A DNA stretch of 64,000 nt from an uncultured Verrucomicrobiae bacterium (lineage in GTDB: Bacteria; Verrucomicrobiota; Verrucomicrobiia; Chthoniobacterales; Chthoniobacteraceae), in contig CAWIKF010000001.1 of NCBI GenBank assembly GCA_963836755.1, forward strand, positions 288,001-352,000. Reading direction: 5' to 3'. Every line of letters begins with the position of its first letter. The stretch's first letter is position 1. Below the pieces are notes generated by a model. That model saw nothing but the letters and a program-made list of their open reading frames with translations. It searched no databases and was not told the DNA's origin. Shown in pieces: positions 50,595 to 61,037 of the stretch. The position numbers and the translations under genes were made by a program.

Positions 50595-51368
50595 ATGCTC
50601 ACCATCACCTTCCTCGGCACGGGCACTTCGCAGGGCGTGCCGATGATCGGATGCGACTGCGCGGTCTGCACGTCGATCGATCCGCGTGATCGGCGGACGC
50701 GCGCCTCGATTCACGTCGCGACACCGGAATGCGATTGGGTCGTCGACACCGGCCCGGAATTTCGCCTGCAATGCCTGCGCGAAAATGTGCGCACGCTGGA
50801 TGCGGTTGTTTATACACATTCACACACCGATCACATCATGGGCTTCGATGATCTGCGCGTCTTTTGCCATCGCGGACGCGACCTGCCCGTTTATGCGTCC
50901 GAAGAAACGATGCGCGATCTACAGCGCGTTTTCGCTTTTGCTTTCAACGGCGAAAACCGGTTTCCCGGCTACGTCCGACCCGTGCCTCATGTGGTTAACG
51001 GTGCGTTTGCTTTGGGAAAGACTGAGCTGCTGCCGCTGCCCGTCCAGCACGGCCGCGCGCGAGTTGACGGCTTTCTTTTTTCGCGCAATGGGGTGCGGCT
51101 CGCGGCTTATTTGAGCGATTGCAAGGAAGTGCCCGCGCACGTGATTCAGGCGATCCGCGGCACGCGTCTTCTCATTGTCGATGCGCTGCGGCGGCGCGAG
51201 CATCCGACGCACATGAACATCGATGAAGCGCTGGCGCTCGCGCATGCCGTGCAGCCTGGCGAGACGCTTTTCACGCATCTTTGTCATGAACTCTCCCACG
51301 CGGAAACGGAGGCAACTTTGCCGGCGGGAGTTCGTATCGCTTTCGACGGACTGAAAGTGCATTTGTGA
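50595..51368 (+). CDS. MBL-fold metallo-hydrolase (PhnP-like)
   Basis: LGTGTSQGVP..GC.C.VC, THSHTDHIMGFDD, THLCH. Confidence 0.92.
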   Translation: MLTITFLGTGTSQGVPMIGCDCAVCTSIDPRDRRTRASIHVATPECDWVVDTGPEFRLQCLRENVRTLDAVVYTHSHTDHIMGFDDLRVFCHRGRDLPVYASEETMRDLQRVFAFAFNGENRFPGYVRPVPHVVNGAFALGKTELLPLPVQHGRARVDGFLFSRNGVRLAAYLSDCKEVPAHVIQAIRGTRLLIVDALRRREHPTHMNIDEALALAHAVQPGETLFTHLCHELSHAETEATLPAGVRIAFDGLKVHL

Positions 51369-52957
51369 AAAAGGCGGCGAGGCTTTGTGCGGTCGGGCTG
51401 ATTTCTTTCGCAGGCGCATTGCCGATCCGCGCGCAGACTAGTTCGCCCACGCCATCGGCTCAACAGGTTGAAGCCGATGCGACGCTGGTTGTTTACAACA
51501 ATGCAGATCCCGATTCGGTGAATCTTGCCGCCTATTACGCGCAAAAGCGGAAGATTCCGCTCGATCACCTCGTCGGCCTCGACTGTTCAAACAACGAGGA
51601 AATCAGCCGCGAAGAATATGACCGCACCATCGCGGAGCCGCTTCGGAAGACATTTGCGACGCGCGAATGGTGGTGGCCGACTGATGCCGATTCGCCAGTC
51701 TTAAAAAATAAAATACGGTTCATCGCGCTCATGCGCGGAGTTCCGCTGAAAATTGCAGCGACTGCAAATTATCCGGGAGACAAGCCCGCCAATTTGCCGG
51801 CTTTGAATAAAAACGAGGCGAGTGTCGACTCGGAGCTTTCCGTGCTCGGCGTTTTTTCGCGTCAAATTTCCGGTCCCGCGAGCAATCTTTATTTCCGCAG
51901 CTTCACCGCTTTTCTCGACGCGCACCTCGCACCGATGATGCTCGTCTGCCGTCTCGATGCGCCGACTGTTTCGATGGTCAAAGGCATGATCGATGATTCG
52001 ATTCAAACGGAGCAAAACGGCCTCTGGGGCTTTGCTTGCATCGACTCGCGCGGCATCACCAGCGGCCCACTCGCCGAGGGCGACAAGTGGCTCAACGATG
52101 TCGCGGCCAATGCGCGCAAACATGGCATGCCGGTGATCGAAGACACTGCCGAAGCGCAGTTTGCCGATGATTATCCGCTGCGAAACGTGGCGTTATACTT
52201 TGGCTGGTATTCTGAAAATGTGAGCAGCGTTTTCGCGCAGGAAAATTTCCGTTTCAGCAAAGGCGCGATTGTCTGCCATATCCATTCCTTCAGCGCCTCG
52301 ACCGTCCGGAGCCCGCATCAGAACTGGGTCGGGCCGCTTCTCGCGCACGGCGCGGCCGCGGTTTTGGGAAATGTTTACGAGCCGTATCTCGCGCTGACGC
52401 CGAACCTCGACATTTTTTATGAGCGGCTTTGCAACGGCTTCAACTTTGCCGAGAGCGCATACGCGTCAGTGCGCGGACTTTCGTGGATGACGACGTTCGT
52501 CGGCGATCCGCTCTATCGGCCATTCAAAGTCATTCCCGACAGCGCTTCCGTGCCGACCGTGACGGAATGGAGTGCATATCGCGACGGCGCGCTCGCGTGG
52601 TTTGATGAAAGCCCCGCGAAGGGCGAAGCCGGGCTGCTGAAGTCCGCGCAGGAAAGGCACAGCGGGATTATTTATGAAGGTCTCGGCCTGCTCCAGAGCG
52701 ATGTGGCGCACGATCCGGCGGCTGCGGCGCAGTCGTTTGCGCAGGCGGAACATTGTTACACAAACACCAGCGACGTGCTGCGCGCGGTGATCGAGCGTGT
52801 GCATGCCTTGATGGATGCGAAGCTTGAAAAACAGGCGGTCGATTTGGCCCAAAACACAATTGCGGCCTTGCCAAAGGCGCCTGCTTCAAACGTGCTCCGC
52901 GCGATTGCGGCTGAACTCGAACAAAATCCCGGGTCCTCGCCGATCAAGCAGCCATGA
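51365..52957 (+). CDS. TIGR03790-like secreted protein
   Basis: VVYN...S..LA.YY, ASVDSEL, RLDAP, YFGWY, HIHSFSA, GNVYEPYL, GDPLYRPF. Confidence 0.8.
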   Translation: MKKAARLCAVGLISFAGALPIRAQTSSPTPSAQQVEADATLVVYNNADPDSVNLAAYYAQKRKIPLDHLVGLDCSNNEEISREEYDRTIAEPLRKTFATREWWWPTDADSPVLKNKIRFIALMRGVPLKIAATANYPGDKPANLPALNKNEASVDSELSVLGVFSRQISGPASNLYFRSFTAFLDAHLAPMMLVCRLDAPTVSMVKGMIDDSIQTEQNGLWGFACIDSRGITSGPLAEGDKWLNDVAANARKHGMPVIEDTAEAQFADDYPLRNVALYFGWYSENVSSVFAQENFRFSKGAIVCHIHSFSASTVRSPHQNWVGPLLAHGAAAVLGNVYEPYLALTPNLDIFYERLCNGFNFAESAYASVRGLSWMTTFVGDPLYRPFKVIPDSASVPTVTEWSAYRDGALAWFDESPAKGEAGLLKSAQERHSGIIYEGLGLLQSDVAHDPAAAAQSFAQAEHCYTNTSDVLRAVIERVHALMDAKLEKQAVDLAQNTIAALPKAPASNVLRAIAAELEQNPGSSPIKQP

Positions 52958-54312
52958 GGCTTGCCGGGCGATACGCGGAATTTCGCCCGTGCGCCGAACA
53001 TTTTCGCGAAGAATGCGCGCCAGCGCCGCGAAAAGTTTCCGAGCTGGAATTGCAAGCGCGCTGGTTCGCCGGAGAATGGGGCACAAAGTTCAAGACGACC
53101 GAAAACGAAGAGGTGGAAATTTCGCAATTTGGCGTTTGGAATCGCGAGGCGGGTCCCGATTTTTGTGAAGCGGCCGTTTCATTCAATGGTGGCGCGGCTA
53201 TTCGCGGCTGCATTGAGCTCGACATCGATGCACGCGATTGGGAGCGACACGGGCACGCTACGAATCCGAATTACGAGCCGGTCGTGCTGCACCTTTTCAC
53301 CACGCGCGGACCGACGGATTTTTTCACGCGAACCGCGCGGCATCGTCGCGTGCCGCAGGTGCTGCTCGACTTGAGAATTCTGACGGAAGGGCCGCCGAAT
53401 CCCGTTCCGCTGGCAACGCTCGGCCGCTGCGCAGCGCCGCTGAAGGATTTTCAGCCGGAAAAAGTTTGCGATATTCTCGAGGCCGCCGCGCAATTTCGCC
53501 TGCAGAAAAAAGCTGCGCGGCTCGCACGAATGCGCGCGGTCCACGGCGACGAAGCTCTTTACCAATCGCTCGCGGAGGCCCTTGGTTACAAGGCGAACAA
53601 GCTTCCGTTCACGATCCTCGCGCAACGCCTGCCGTTGCGATCATTGCAAAAGAACCGATCGCAAATTGATGCTCTGCTTTTCGGAATGAGCGGCTTTTTG
53701 TCCGGCGCGGAGTTCAACCGCAGTGATGTGGCGACGCGCGCTTATTTGCGCGGGCTGTGGGAAACGTGGTGGAAGCTGCGTGGAGAAAACGAGCGGCTGG
53801 CGCTCGACCGCGCGGCGTGGATTTTGCACGGCGCGCGTCCCGCGAATCATCCGCAGCGCCGGATCGCCGCGCTGGCGCAGATCGTCAGGAACTGGAGAAA
53901 AGTTTTCGAGCTGGCGGAGCGATGCGACGCCGCGGCTGCCCGGAAATTTTTCGGCGAGCTGAGCGATCCGTATTGGGATTTTCACTACACGCTCCTCTCG
54001 GCGGAATCGCCGAAGCGCCTCGCGCTCGTCGGTTCTTCGCGCGTCGCTGACATCCTCGCGAATGTCTTTTTTCCGTGGAGCATTTCGCGCGACGCCGCGC
54101 TCTGGGAAAAGTATCGGGAGCTTCCGGCGGTGCTTTCCAACAAACGGGTCGAGATCGCGGCGATCCGCTTGTTTGCTGGGCTTCCGGGCGATTTCCTGAA
54201 AACGATCGCGCGCCAGCAGGGGCTGCTGCAAATCTATGAGGACTTCTGCATGCGCGACAACTCCGACTGCGAGCAATGCCTGTTTCCGCGGCAGCTCGCG
54301 CAGTGGAATTAG
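52954..54312 (+). CDS. DUF2851-like protein
   Basis: WNREAGPDF, W..HGH..NPNY..VVLH, RPANHPQRR, QGLLQIY..FC...CEQC. Confidence 0.82.
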   Translation: MRLAGRYAEFRPCAEHFREECAPAPRKVSELELQARWFAGEWGTKFKTTENEEVEISQFGVWNREAGPDFCEAAVSFNGGAAIRGCIELDIDARDWERHGHATNPNYEPVVLHLFTTRGPTDFFTRTARHRRVPQVLLDLRILTEGPPNPVPLATLGRCAAPLKDFQPEKVCDILEAAAQFRLQKKAARLARMRAVHGDEALYQSLAEALGYKANKLPFTILAQRLPLRSLQKNRSQIDALLFGMSGFLSGAEFNRSDVATRAYLRGLWETWWKLRGENERLALDRAAWILHGARPANHPQRRIAALAQIVRNWRKVFELAERCDAAAARKFFGELSDPYWDFHYTLLSAESPKRLALVGSSRVADILANVFFPWSISRDAALWEKYRELPAVLSNKRVEIAAIRLFAGLPGDFLKTIARQQGLLQIYEDFCMRDNSDCEQCLFPRQLAQWN

Positions 54313-54321
54313 TGCAAGGTT

Positions 54322-56124
54322 TTACAAGCGTGAAATGAGCAGCTCGCGCTGGAAAACGATTTCCTTCGGCAGCCGCTCGTAAAGTTTGAAGAACAATTCG
54401 TCCTGCAAAATCAGTTCGCGCATCCATTCGTTGCGGTCGATTTTTTGCAGCTCGTTGAACTTTTCCTCATCGAAATCGGCAAGACCTTGAGTGTCGAATT
54501 CCTCAAACTTTGGCGACCAGCCGACGGCGGTTTCGACTCCGCTCGCGCGGCCGCGGCAGCGATTAACGATCCATTTCAGCACGCGCATGTTATCGCCGAA
54601 GCCCGGCCAGAGAAATTCGCCGTCCGCGTCTTTGCGGAACCAATTCACGTTAAAAATGAGCGGCGGATATTTCATCGTTTTGCGGATGGAGAGCCAGTGG
54701 CGGAAATAAAGGCTCATGTTGTAGCCGCAAAATGGGAGCATCGCCATCGGGTCGCGACGCACATTGCCGGTGCTGCCGACGGCCGCAGCAGTGGTCTCCG
54801 AGCCCATCGTCGCGCCGAGAAAAACGCCGTGGCTCCAGTTAAACGCCTGTATCACAAGCGGCGATGTGTTGGCGCGACGTCCGCCGAAAATAATCGCGCT
54901 GATGGGCACGCCGCGCGGATCGTCGGCCTCGGCCGCGAGGGCGGGATTGTTCCGCATTGGCGCGGTGAAGCGGCTGTTCGGGTGCGCGGCGTCGCGGCCG
55001 CAATCGGGCGTCCATTTGTTCCCGCGCCAGTCGAGGCACTCGGCGGGCGGCGGATCGTCGTGACCTTCCCACCACACGGTGCCATCGGGTTTCAACGCCA
55101 CGTTTGTATAGATGGTGTCGCGCGCCATTGATTTCATCGCATTGGCGTTCGACTTCGAGTTGGTGCCGGGGACGACGCCGAAGTAGCCGCTCTCGGGATT
55201 GATCGCGTAGAGTCGGCCATCAGCGCCCGGTTTCATCCATGCGATGTCGTCGCCGATGGTGGTGACTTTCCAGCCCTCGAAATGCGGCGGCGGGATGAGC
55301 ATCGCGAAATTCGTCTTGCCGCACGCGCTCGGGAACGCCGCGGCGACGTAGGTCTTTTCGCCTTCCGGCGATTCGACGCAAAGGAGAAGCATGTGCTCCG
55401 CGAGCCAGCCTTGCGCGCGGCCGAGATAGGAGCCGATGCGCAGCGCGAAACATTTTTTGCCGAGCAAAACATTGCCGCCATAACCGGAGCCGACGGAGAT
55501 GATCGCATTGTCCTGCGGGAAATGGCAGATGAAGCGGCGCTCGGGATCGAGGTCGAGCATCGAATGGATGCCGCGGTTGAAATCGCCGCTCGCGTCGAGC
55601 TGCGTGTAGGCGCGCAGGCCCATGCGCGTCATGATTCGCATGTTTAACACGACGTAAATCGAGTCGGTCAGCTCGATGCCGACTTTTGTCAAAGGCGAGC
55701 CGACCGTGCCCATCAAATACGGCACCGCAAACATCGTCCGACCGCGCATCGAGCCGGCGAGGAGAGCTCGCAACTTTTCCTGCATTTCCGCGGGGTCGGC
55801 CCAATTGTTTGTCGGGCCGGCTTCCTCCTGCGTCGGCGTGCAGATGAAAGTGCATTGCTCGACGCGTGCGACATCGTTCGGATTCGAGCGGTGATAGTAA
55901 CAGCCTGGAAGTTTTTCCTGGTTGAGCTTCTGCAGCACGCCTTGCGCCTCGGCTTCCTTTAAAAGAAATGCGTTTTCCTGATCCGAGCCGTCGCACCAGA
56001 AAATCCGATCCGGCTCGCACAGCTTCGCCGTTTCCTCGACCCACGCGACGACCTCCGCGTTCGCTGGGCGCGCAGTTCCGAGATTTTCGGGAGGATTTCC
56101 CAGTCGCGAAGGCTCGGGTTGCAT
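54322..56124 (-). CDS. pckG: GTP-dependent phosphoenolpyruvate carboxykinase
   Basis: [56 protein letters not shown]. Confidence 0.97.
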   Translation of the reverse strand: MQPEPSRLGNPPENLGTARPANAEVVAWVEETAKLCEPDRIFWCDGSDQENAFLLKEAEAQGVLQKLNQEKLPGCYYHRSNPNDVARVEQCTFICTPTQEEAGPTNNWADPAEMQEKLRALLAGSMRGRTMFAVPYLMGTVGSPLTKVGIELTDSIYVVLNMRIMTRMGLRAYTQLDASGDFNRGIHSMLDLDPERRFICHFPQDNAIISVGSGYGGNVLLGKKCFALRIGSYLGRAQGWLAEHMLLLCVESPEGEKTYVAAAFPSACGKTNFAMLIPPPHFEGWKVTTIGDDIAWMKPGADGRLYAINPESGYFGVVPGTNSKSNANAMKSMARDTIYTNVALKPDGTVWWEGHDDPPPAECLDWRGNKWTPDCGRDAAHPNSRFTAPMRNNPALAAEADDPRGVPISAIIFGGRRANTSPLVIQAFNWSHGVFLGATMGSETTAAAVGSTGNVRRDPMAMLPFCGYNMSLYFRHWLSIRKTMKYPPLIFNVNWFRKDADGEFLWPGFGDNMRVLKWIVNRCRGRASGVETAVGWSPKFEEFDTQGLADFDEEKFNELQKIDRNEWMRELILQDELFFKLYERLPKEIVFQRELLISRL

Positions 56125-56166
56125 GAAAATCGATTTTGCATTTGCGCACGTTTGAAGACAAGTGGC

Positions 56167-57036
56167 ATGTTGACGCCAGCACTGACTTCCATGCTCGGTC
56201 TCGCAAAATCGGACGACTACCAACCCATCGGCTGGATGGGCCGCTATCCGATTCACGTCGCCACTCTCCTCGTCCTTCTGCACGTGGTCACGATGATCGG
56301 CACGGCTTTCGCGATCTCGCTCGGGCGCCTCGACATTCTCGGCCATCTCATTTTTGCCAGCAACGCCGTGCTCGGCCACCTCGCGCTCTGGCAATTTTTC
56401 ACCTACGCCTTCGTCAACCGCCCCAGCGTCTGGTTTGCGGTGGAAATGTTCCTGCTCTATTCGTTCGGCCGCGAGGTGGAGCGGTTCATCGGCCGGCGCT
56501 CGTTTGGCGCGCTATATATGATGCTGCTTTTGCTGCCGCCATGTCTCGCGACTGCGGCCGGCACGTTTATGCCGACGAGCTTTGCGGGATCGAGCGCGCT
56601 GCACTTCGCAGTCTTCGTCGCGTTCACTGCGATTTATCCAAACATCGAGCTTCTCTTTACCATCAAAGCGAAATGGATCGCCGGCGCACTTTTTTCCGTC
56701 TTCTCACTCCAGCAGCTCGCGGCGAATGACTGGACTTCGCTCGCCGTCCTTTGGATCAGCACCGGCGCGGCATTCGCCTTCATCGCGCGGCTGCGTTATG
56801 GCGTCAATTTTTCGCCGTTCGCACTGCTGCGGCGTTTGCGTTTCACGCGAAAATTAAAGCCGCTCGCGCAGCCACGCCGGATCGTCCCGCGGAAAATCAC
56901 CGACGAGGATACCGTCAGTTCCATCGATCCGATTCTCGACAAAATTTCGCAGCACGGCATCGCCAGTCTGACGCTACGCGAGCGCGAGAAACTCGAGCGC
57001 GCCCGCTCGGCGCTGATGAAAAAAACCTCAACTTGA
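56167..57036 (+). CDS. Rhomboid-like membrane protein with a C-terminal DUF6576-like helix pair
   Basis: [15 protein letters not shown], multi-[21 protein letters not shown]. Confidence 0.78.
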   Translation: MLTPALTSMLGLAKSDDYQPIGWMGRYPIHVATLLVLLHVVTMIGTAFAISLGRLDILGHLIFASNAVLGHLALWQFFTYAFVNRPSVWFAVEMFLLYSFGREVERFIGRRSFGALYMMLLLLPPCLATAAGTFMPTSFAGSSALHFAVFVAFTAIYPNIELLFTIKAKWIAGALFSVFSLQQLAANDWTSLAVLWISTGAAFAFIARLRYGVNFSPFALLRRLRFTRKLKPLAQPRRIVPRKITDEDTVSSIDPILDKISQHGIASLTLREREKLERARSALMKKTST

Positions 57037-57082
57037 TCGCGGCGCCATTCTCCACGTCGCCGCGTCGCACACACCGTTTCCC

Positions 57083-57889
57083 GTGGCGGAGTTGAGCGAA
57101 ATCGAGCGCCTGCGCGAAATCGTCGCGCGTCTCCGCGCGCCCGACGGCTGCCCGTGGGATCGCGAGCAGACTCACGCGAGTCTCCGCACGTGTCTCGTCG
57201 AAGAAGCCTACGAAGTTGCCGAGGCGATCGACAAAAACGATGACGCACACCTTTGCGAGGAACTCGGCGACCTTCTTCTGCAAGTCGTCATGCACAGCCA
57301 TCTCGCCAGCGAGCAACGCCGCTTCGATCTCGACAAAGTTGCCCGCGGCATCGCCGACAAACTTGTCCGCCGCCATCCCCACGTTTTTGGCGACGTCACG
57401 CTCGACGGCACCGACGCCGTGCTCCAGCAATGGGATGAAATCAAACGCGCCGAAAAAGGGACAGCGAACGGCAGCGGTGGCTCCGTCCTCGACGGCATCT
57501 CCCTCGCGCTCCCCGCGCTCATGCGCGCCGAAAAAGTCCAGAAACGCGCGGCGCGCGTCGGATTTGATTGGCCGGAAGCGCGCGACGTTCTCGAAAAGAT
57601 TCGGGAGGAAACCGCGGAGGTCGCCGCCGCGATCGAGAGCCGCGACCCCGCGCAGATCGAGGAGGAAATCGGCGACCTCCTTTTCGCCTTGGTCAACCTC
57701 GCCCGCAAAGCCGCGCTCGATGCCGAGCTGACGCTGCAAAGTGCCACCGGCAAATTCATCACGCGCTTTCAGCAGCTTGAAAAAATCCTCCGCGAGCGCG
57801 GCCAGGAACCTTCCGGTCTCACTTTGGCGCAACTCGACGGCGTTTGGGATGAAATCAAAGCCGCTCGGCCGCCTGCCACGGCGGTTTAG
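57083..57889 (+). CDS. mazG: Nucleoside triphosphate pyrophosphohydrolase MazG
   Basis: GCPWDREQT, EEAYEV, EELGDLLLQV, RRHPHVF, GFDW, EEEIGDLLF. Confidence 0.96.
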   Translation: MAELSEIERLREIVARLRAPDGCPWDREQTHASLRTCLVEEAYEVAEAIDKNDDAHLCEELGDLLLQVVMHSHLASEQRRFDLDKVARGIADKLVRRHPHVFGDVTLDGTDAVLQQWDEIKRAEKGTANGSGGSVLDGISLALPALMRAEKVQKRAARVGFDWPEARDVLEKIREETAEVAAAIESRDPAQIEEEIGDLLFALVNLARKAALDAELTLQSATGKFITRFQQLEKILRERGQEPSGLTLAQLDGVWDEIKAARPPATAV

Positions 57890-57917
57890 CCGCGACGCCG
57901 AACCGCGAAGGAACGTT

Positions 57918-58146
57918 CCGGAACCGTTCTGCATGCGTGCGGAACCATTTTGCATGGACGCAGAATCGCTCTGGAAGCACGCAGAGTCATTCTGCATCCA
58001 TGCAGAACCATTCTGCACGCGTGCGGAGCCCTCCGCTGCCGCGCAGAATCATTCTGCGAGGCCGCAGATCCATTCTGCACCCCTGCGGAGCCCTCTGCGT
58101 GCACGCAGAATCGTTTTGCACAGACGCAGAATGGCTTGGAAGCGGG
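57918..58146. repeat. Second tandem array of 11 palindromic units (9 of 21 bp, 2 of 20 bp), same family as 22999-23310 and in inverted orientation
   Basis: Units at 57918, 57939, 57960, 57981, 58002, 58023, 58043, 58064, 58085, 58105, 58126; GCAGAA-CCA-TTCTGC and GCGGAG-CC-CTCTGC types. Confidence 0.92.
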
Positions 58147-58329
58147 CAAACTTACTCTGGAGCTACTCTGTTGGCGCCTCTCCGCCGGGCGGAATCGCGC
58201 GGTGGCTGCAAATGCGGCTTCCGAATGGATGGCGTGAAAGTCGGTGAGCCTCGAGGAGAGTCGGAGCTTGCGGCGGAAGCAGGCGGCGTGAAAAGGTTTG
58301 CGCGCGCGACGGCGCGAGATTTTTGATCG

Positions 58330-59076
58330 ATGGCTTTTTGTGAACTCCATTACTTCAGCGCAGCGCTCCAAAAACAAACTGCGGCGAATGTTTTACTTCC
58401 GCAAAACTGCGGCGCCGGGCCGTTCCCGGTTTACTATTTGCTCCACGGCCTCGGCGACGACCATGCCGCGTGGATGCGGCGGACGAGCATCGAGCGTTAC
58501 GCGGACGGGCTGTCGCTCATCGTGGTGATGCCGGATGGCGGCCGCGGATTTTACACGGACGCGGCGGAGGGTTTCGCGCACGAGAGCGCGATCATGTGCG
58601 ACCTGGTGCCGTTCATCGACGCGGCTTTTCCGACGCGGGCGACGCGCGAGGGGCGATGCATCGGCGGCTTGTCGATGGGCGGCTACGGCGCGATCAAGCT
58701 GGCGCTGAAATATCCGCGGCACTTTTGCTCGGCGACCAGCCATTCGGGCGCATTGACGAAAGCGCATATTTTTCGCTCGGGAGAAACGGAGGAGCTGCGC
58801 CGCATCTTCGGCACGGAGCAGAGCGGGGGAGCGAACGATCTGTTCGCGCTCGCGGAAAAAATCGACCGGAAACTTTTGCCGGCGATGCGCATCGACTGCG
58901 GAACGGCGGACTATCTGCTGGATAGGAGTCGCGACTTTCACGCGCATCTCGAGCAGCTCGGCATCGCGCACGAATATGAGGAATTTCCCGGCGCGCACGA
59001 CTGGGCGTATTGGGACGCGCGGGCGCCGGAGGCGATTGCATTTCATTGCCGCGCGCTCGGCATCGCGCGGAGTTGA
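58330..59076 (+). CDS. Putative esterase (FrmB/tributyrin esterase-like alpha/beta hydrolase)
   Basis: YLLHG, GGLSMGGYGA, DCGTAD, GAHDWAYW. Confidence 0.9.
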   Translation: MAFCELHYFSAALQKQTAANVLLPQNCGAGPFPVYYLLHGLGDDHAAWMRRTSIERYADGLSLIVVMPDGGRGFYTDAAEGFAHESAIMCDLVPFIDAAFPTRATREGRCIGGLSMGGYGAIKLALKYPRHFCSATSHSGALTKAHIFRSGETEELRRIFGTEQSGGANDLFALAEKIDRKLLPAMRIDCGTADYLLDRSRDFHAHLEQLGIAHEYEEFPGAHDWAYWDARAPEAIAFHCRALGIARS

Positions 59077-59117
59077 GGCCGGCGCGCGGGCCGCGGAAAA
59101 AAGGGCCAGAAAAACTT

Positions 59118-59145
59118 TTGACACGCTGGGGGCTTTTGTTACTTT
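59118..59145 (+). promoter_or_regulatory. Sigma70-like promoter for tRNA-Thr-tuf
   Basis: TTGACA, 16-nt spacer ending in TGT, then TACTTT. Confidence 0.6.
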
Positions 59146-59298
59146 GCCAGCTCGCTTCGACGGGAATTGCGATCAAGCCCTGATCCGTTCGGATTGGAAA
59201 ATCCGAATCGGTGTCGGAGTTTTTCGCTCTTTTGCAGTCGTGGCGGCGGTGAAAGAGCCGCGTGCTTTTGCGCAAGCGAGAGCGCGTTTTTTAACAAG

Positions 59299-59374
59299 GC
59301 CCATGTAGCTCAGTTGGTAGAGCACATCCTTGGTAAGGATGAGGTCACCGGTTCAATCCCGGTCATGGGCTCCA
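59299..59374 (+). tRNA. tRNA-Thr(GGT)
   Basis: GCCCATG/CATGGGC acceptor stem, anticodon loop TTGGTAA, GGTTCAATCC T-arm, encoded CCA. Confidence 0.97.
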
Positions 59375-59431
59375 TGAACGGGCTGGGCAACAACTTTTAA
59401 ACTTAGATAAACAACAACAAAACAAACCACC

Positions 59432-60616
59432 ATGGCTAAAGAAGCATTCAAACGCGATAAACCCCACGTCAACGTCGGCACGATCGGCCACGTCGATCAC
59501 GGCAAGACCACTCTCACTGCGGCGATCACAACCATCCTTGCGAAAAAAGGTTTCGCGACGGCGAAAAAGTATGACGAGATCGACGCGGCTCCGGAGGAAA
59601 AAGAGCGCGGCATCACGATCAACACGGCCCACGTCGAATATCAGAGCGACAAGCGCCATTACGCGCATGTCGATTGTCCCGGTCACGCCGATTATGTGAA
59701 AAACATGATCACCGGCGCGGCGCAGATGGACGGCGCGATCCTCGTGGTCAGCGCGGCGGACGGCCCAATGCCGCAGACCCGTGAGCATATTTTGTTGGCT
59801 CGCCAGGTCGGCGTGCCGTCGATCGTCGTCTTCATGAATAAAGTCGACATGGTGGATGATCCGGAATTGCTCGATCTCGTGGAGATGGAAGTGCGCGATC
59901 TTTTGACGCAATACGAATTTCCCGGCGACAAAATCCCGATCGTCAAAGGCAGCGCGCTCAAGGCGCTCGAAGGCGACGCGGAACAGGAGAAGAACATTCT
60001 CGCGCTGGTCGAGGCAATCGACGAATACATCCCGGTGCCGGAGCGCCCGGTCGACATGCCATTCCTGCTGCCGGTCGAGGACGTGTTCAACATTGAAGGC
60101 CGCGGCACCGTCGCGACTGGTCGCGTCGAGCGCGGCATCCTTAAGAAAATGGAGGAAGTCGAATTGGTCGGAATCAAAAACACCGTCAAGACGACTTGCA
60201 CCGACATTGAGATGTTCCGCAAACTTCTTGACGAAGCGCGCGCTGGCGACAACGTCGGCCTGCTGCTCCGCGGCACAAAAAAAGAAGACGTCGAGCGCGG
60301 CATGGTCATCGCCAAGCCCGGCTCCATCAAGCCGCACAAAAAGTTCAAGGCTGAGGTTTACGTTTTGAGCAAGGAGGAAGGCGGCCGACACACGCCGTTT
60401 TTCTCAAACTATCGCCCGCAATTTTATTTCCGCACGACGGACGTCACCGGCTCGGTCAAGCTGCCCGATGGCGTGGAAATGGTGATGCCCGGCGACAACG
60501 TCGCGATTGAAGTGGAGTTGCACACCGCCGTCGCGATGGAAAAAACGATCCGCTTCGCGATTCGCGAAGGCGGCCGCACCGTTGGCGCGGGACGCGTCTC
60601 CGAGATCCTCGATTAA
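59432..60616 (+). CDS. tuf: Elongation factor Tu
   Basis: [26 protein letters not shown]. Confidence 0.99.
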   Translation: MAKEAFKRDKPHVNVGTIGHVDHGKTTLTAAITTILAKKGFATAKKYDEIDAAPEEKERGITINTAHVEYQSDKRHYAHVDCPGHADYVKNMITGAAQMDGAILVVSAADGPMPQTREHILLARQVGVPSIVVFMNKVDMVDDPELLDLVEMEVRDLLTQYEFPGDKIPIVKGSALKALEGDAEQEKNILALVEAIDEYIPVPERPVDMPFLLPVEDVFNIEGRGTVATGRVERGILKKMEEVELVGIKNTVKTTCTDIEMFRKLLDEARAGDNVGLLLRGTKKEDVERGMVIAKPGSIKPHKKFKAEVYVLSKEEGGRHTPFFSNYRPQFYFRTTDVTGSVKLPDGVEMVMPGDNVAIEVELHTAVAMEKTIRFAIREGGRTVGAGRVSEILD

Positions 60617-60630
60617 GCAAACTTAGCGAA

Positions 60631-60703
60631 ACGCCAGTAACTCAATTGGTAGAGTAGCGGTCTCCAAAACCGCCTGTTGGGGGTTCGAGTCCCTCCTGGC
60701 GTG
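60631..60703 (+). tRNA. tRNA-Trp(CCA)
   Basis: ACGCCAG/CTGGCGT acceptor stem, loop CTCCAAA, GGTTCGAGTCC; CCA end not encoded; typical tuf-tRNA-Trp-secE order. Confidence 0.95.
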
Positions 60704-60714
60704 TTTCTCCCGAA

Positions 60715-61014
60715 ATGTTTGAACTGTATTTAAAAGCGAACTGGGTGGGCATCTTGTTGGTGCTCGCCGCGATCGTCATCGTTGGACTTGTCATCAAGTT
60801 CTACGGCGCGATCATGCGTGGATTCGCTGGCGAAGTCCGCGTCGAGCTCGTCAAGGCCAGTTGGCCTTGGGAGCCGAAAGAGCGCGGCTTTAAAAAATAC
60901 AAGGAGCTGACGGACTCGACGCTGATTGTGGTCATCGCGATGCTGTTGCTCGCGGGCTACATTTCGTTTTGGGATTTCATCCTCGTCAACGTCGTCGGCG
61001 CACTCACCCGCTGA
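60715..61014 (+). CDS. secE: Preprotein translocase subunit SecE
   Basis: EVRVELVKASWP, EL.DST..V, C-terminal TM; synteny. Confidence 0.9.
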   Translation: MFELYLKANWVGILLVLAAIVIVGLVIKFYGAIMRGFAGEVRVELVKASWPWEPKERGFKKYKELTDSTLIVVIAMLLLAGYISFWDFILVNVVGALTR

Positions 61015-61037
61015 TTTTTTTCTTGAACTAAAAAACA

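Noticed and set aside
56915..58377. Heptad-repeat ORFs over array 2 (QNGSARM-type and similar), and equivalents over array 1, as ordinary genes
   Set aside because: The repeats lack stops in several frames on both strands, the 20-bp units change frame, and the longer ORFs overlap mazG
59363..60391. Long antisense ORFs over tuf, and likewise over glmM, rplA and eboD
   Set aside because: Expected shadow ORFs from GC-rich codon bias, with no independent motifs
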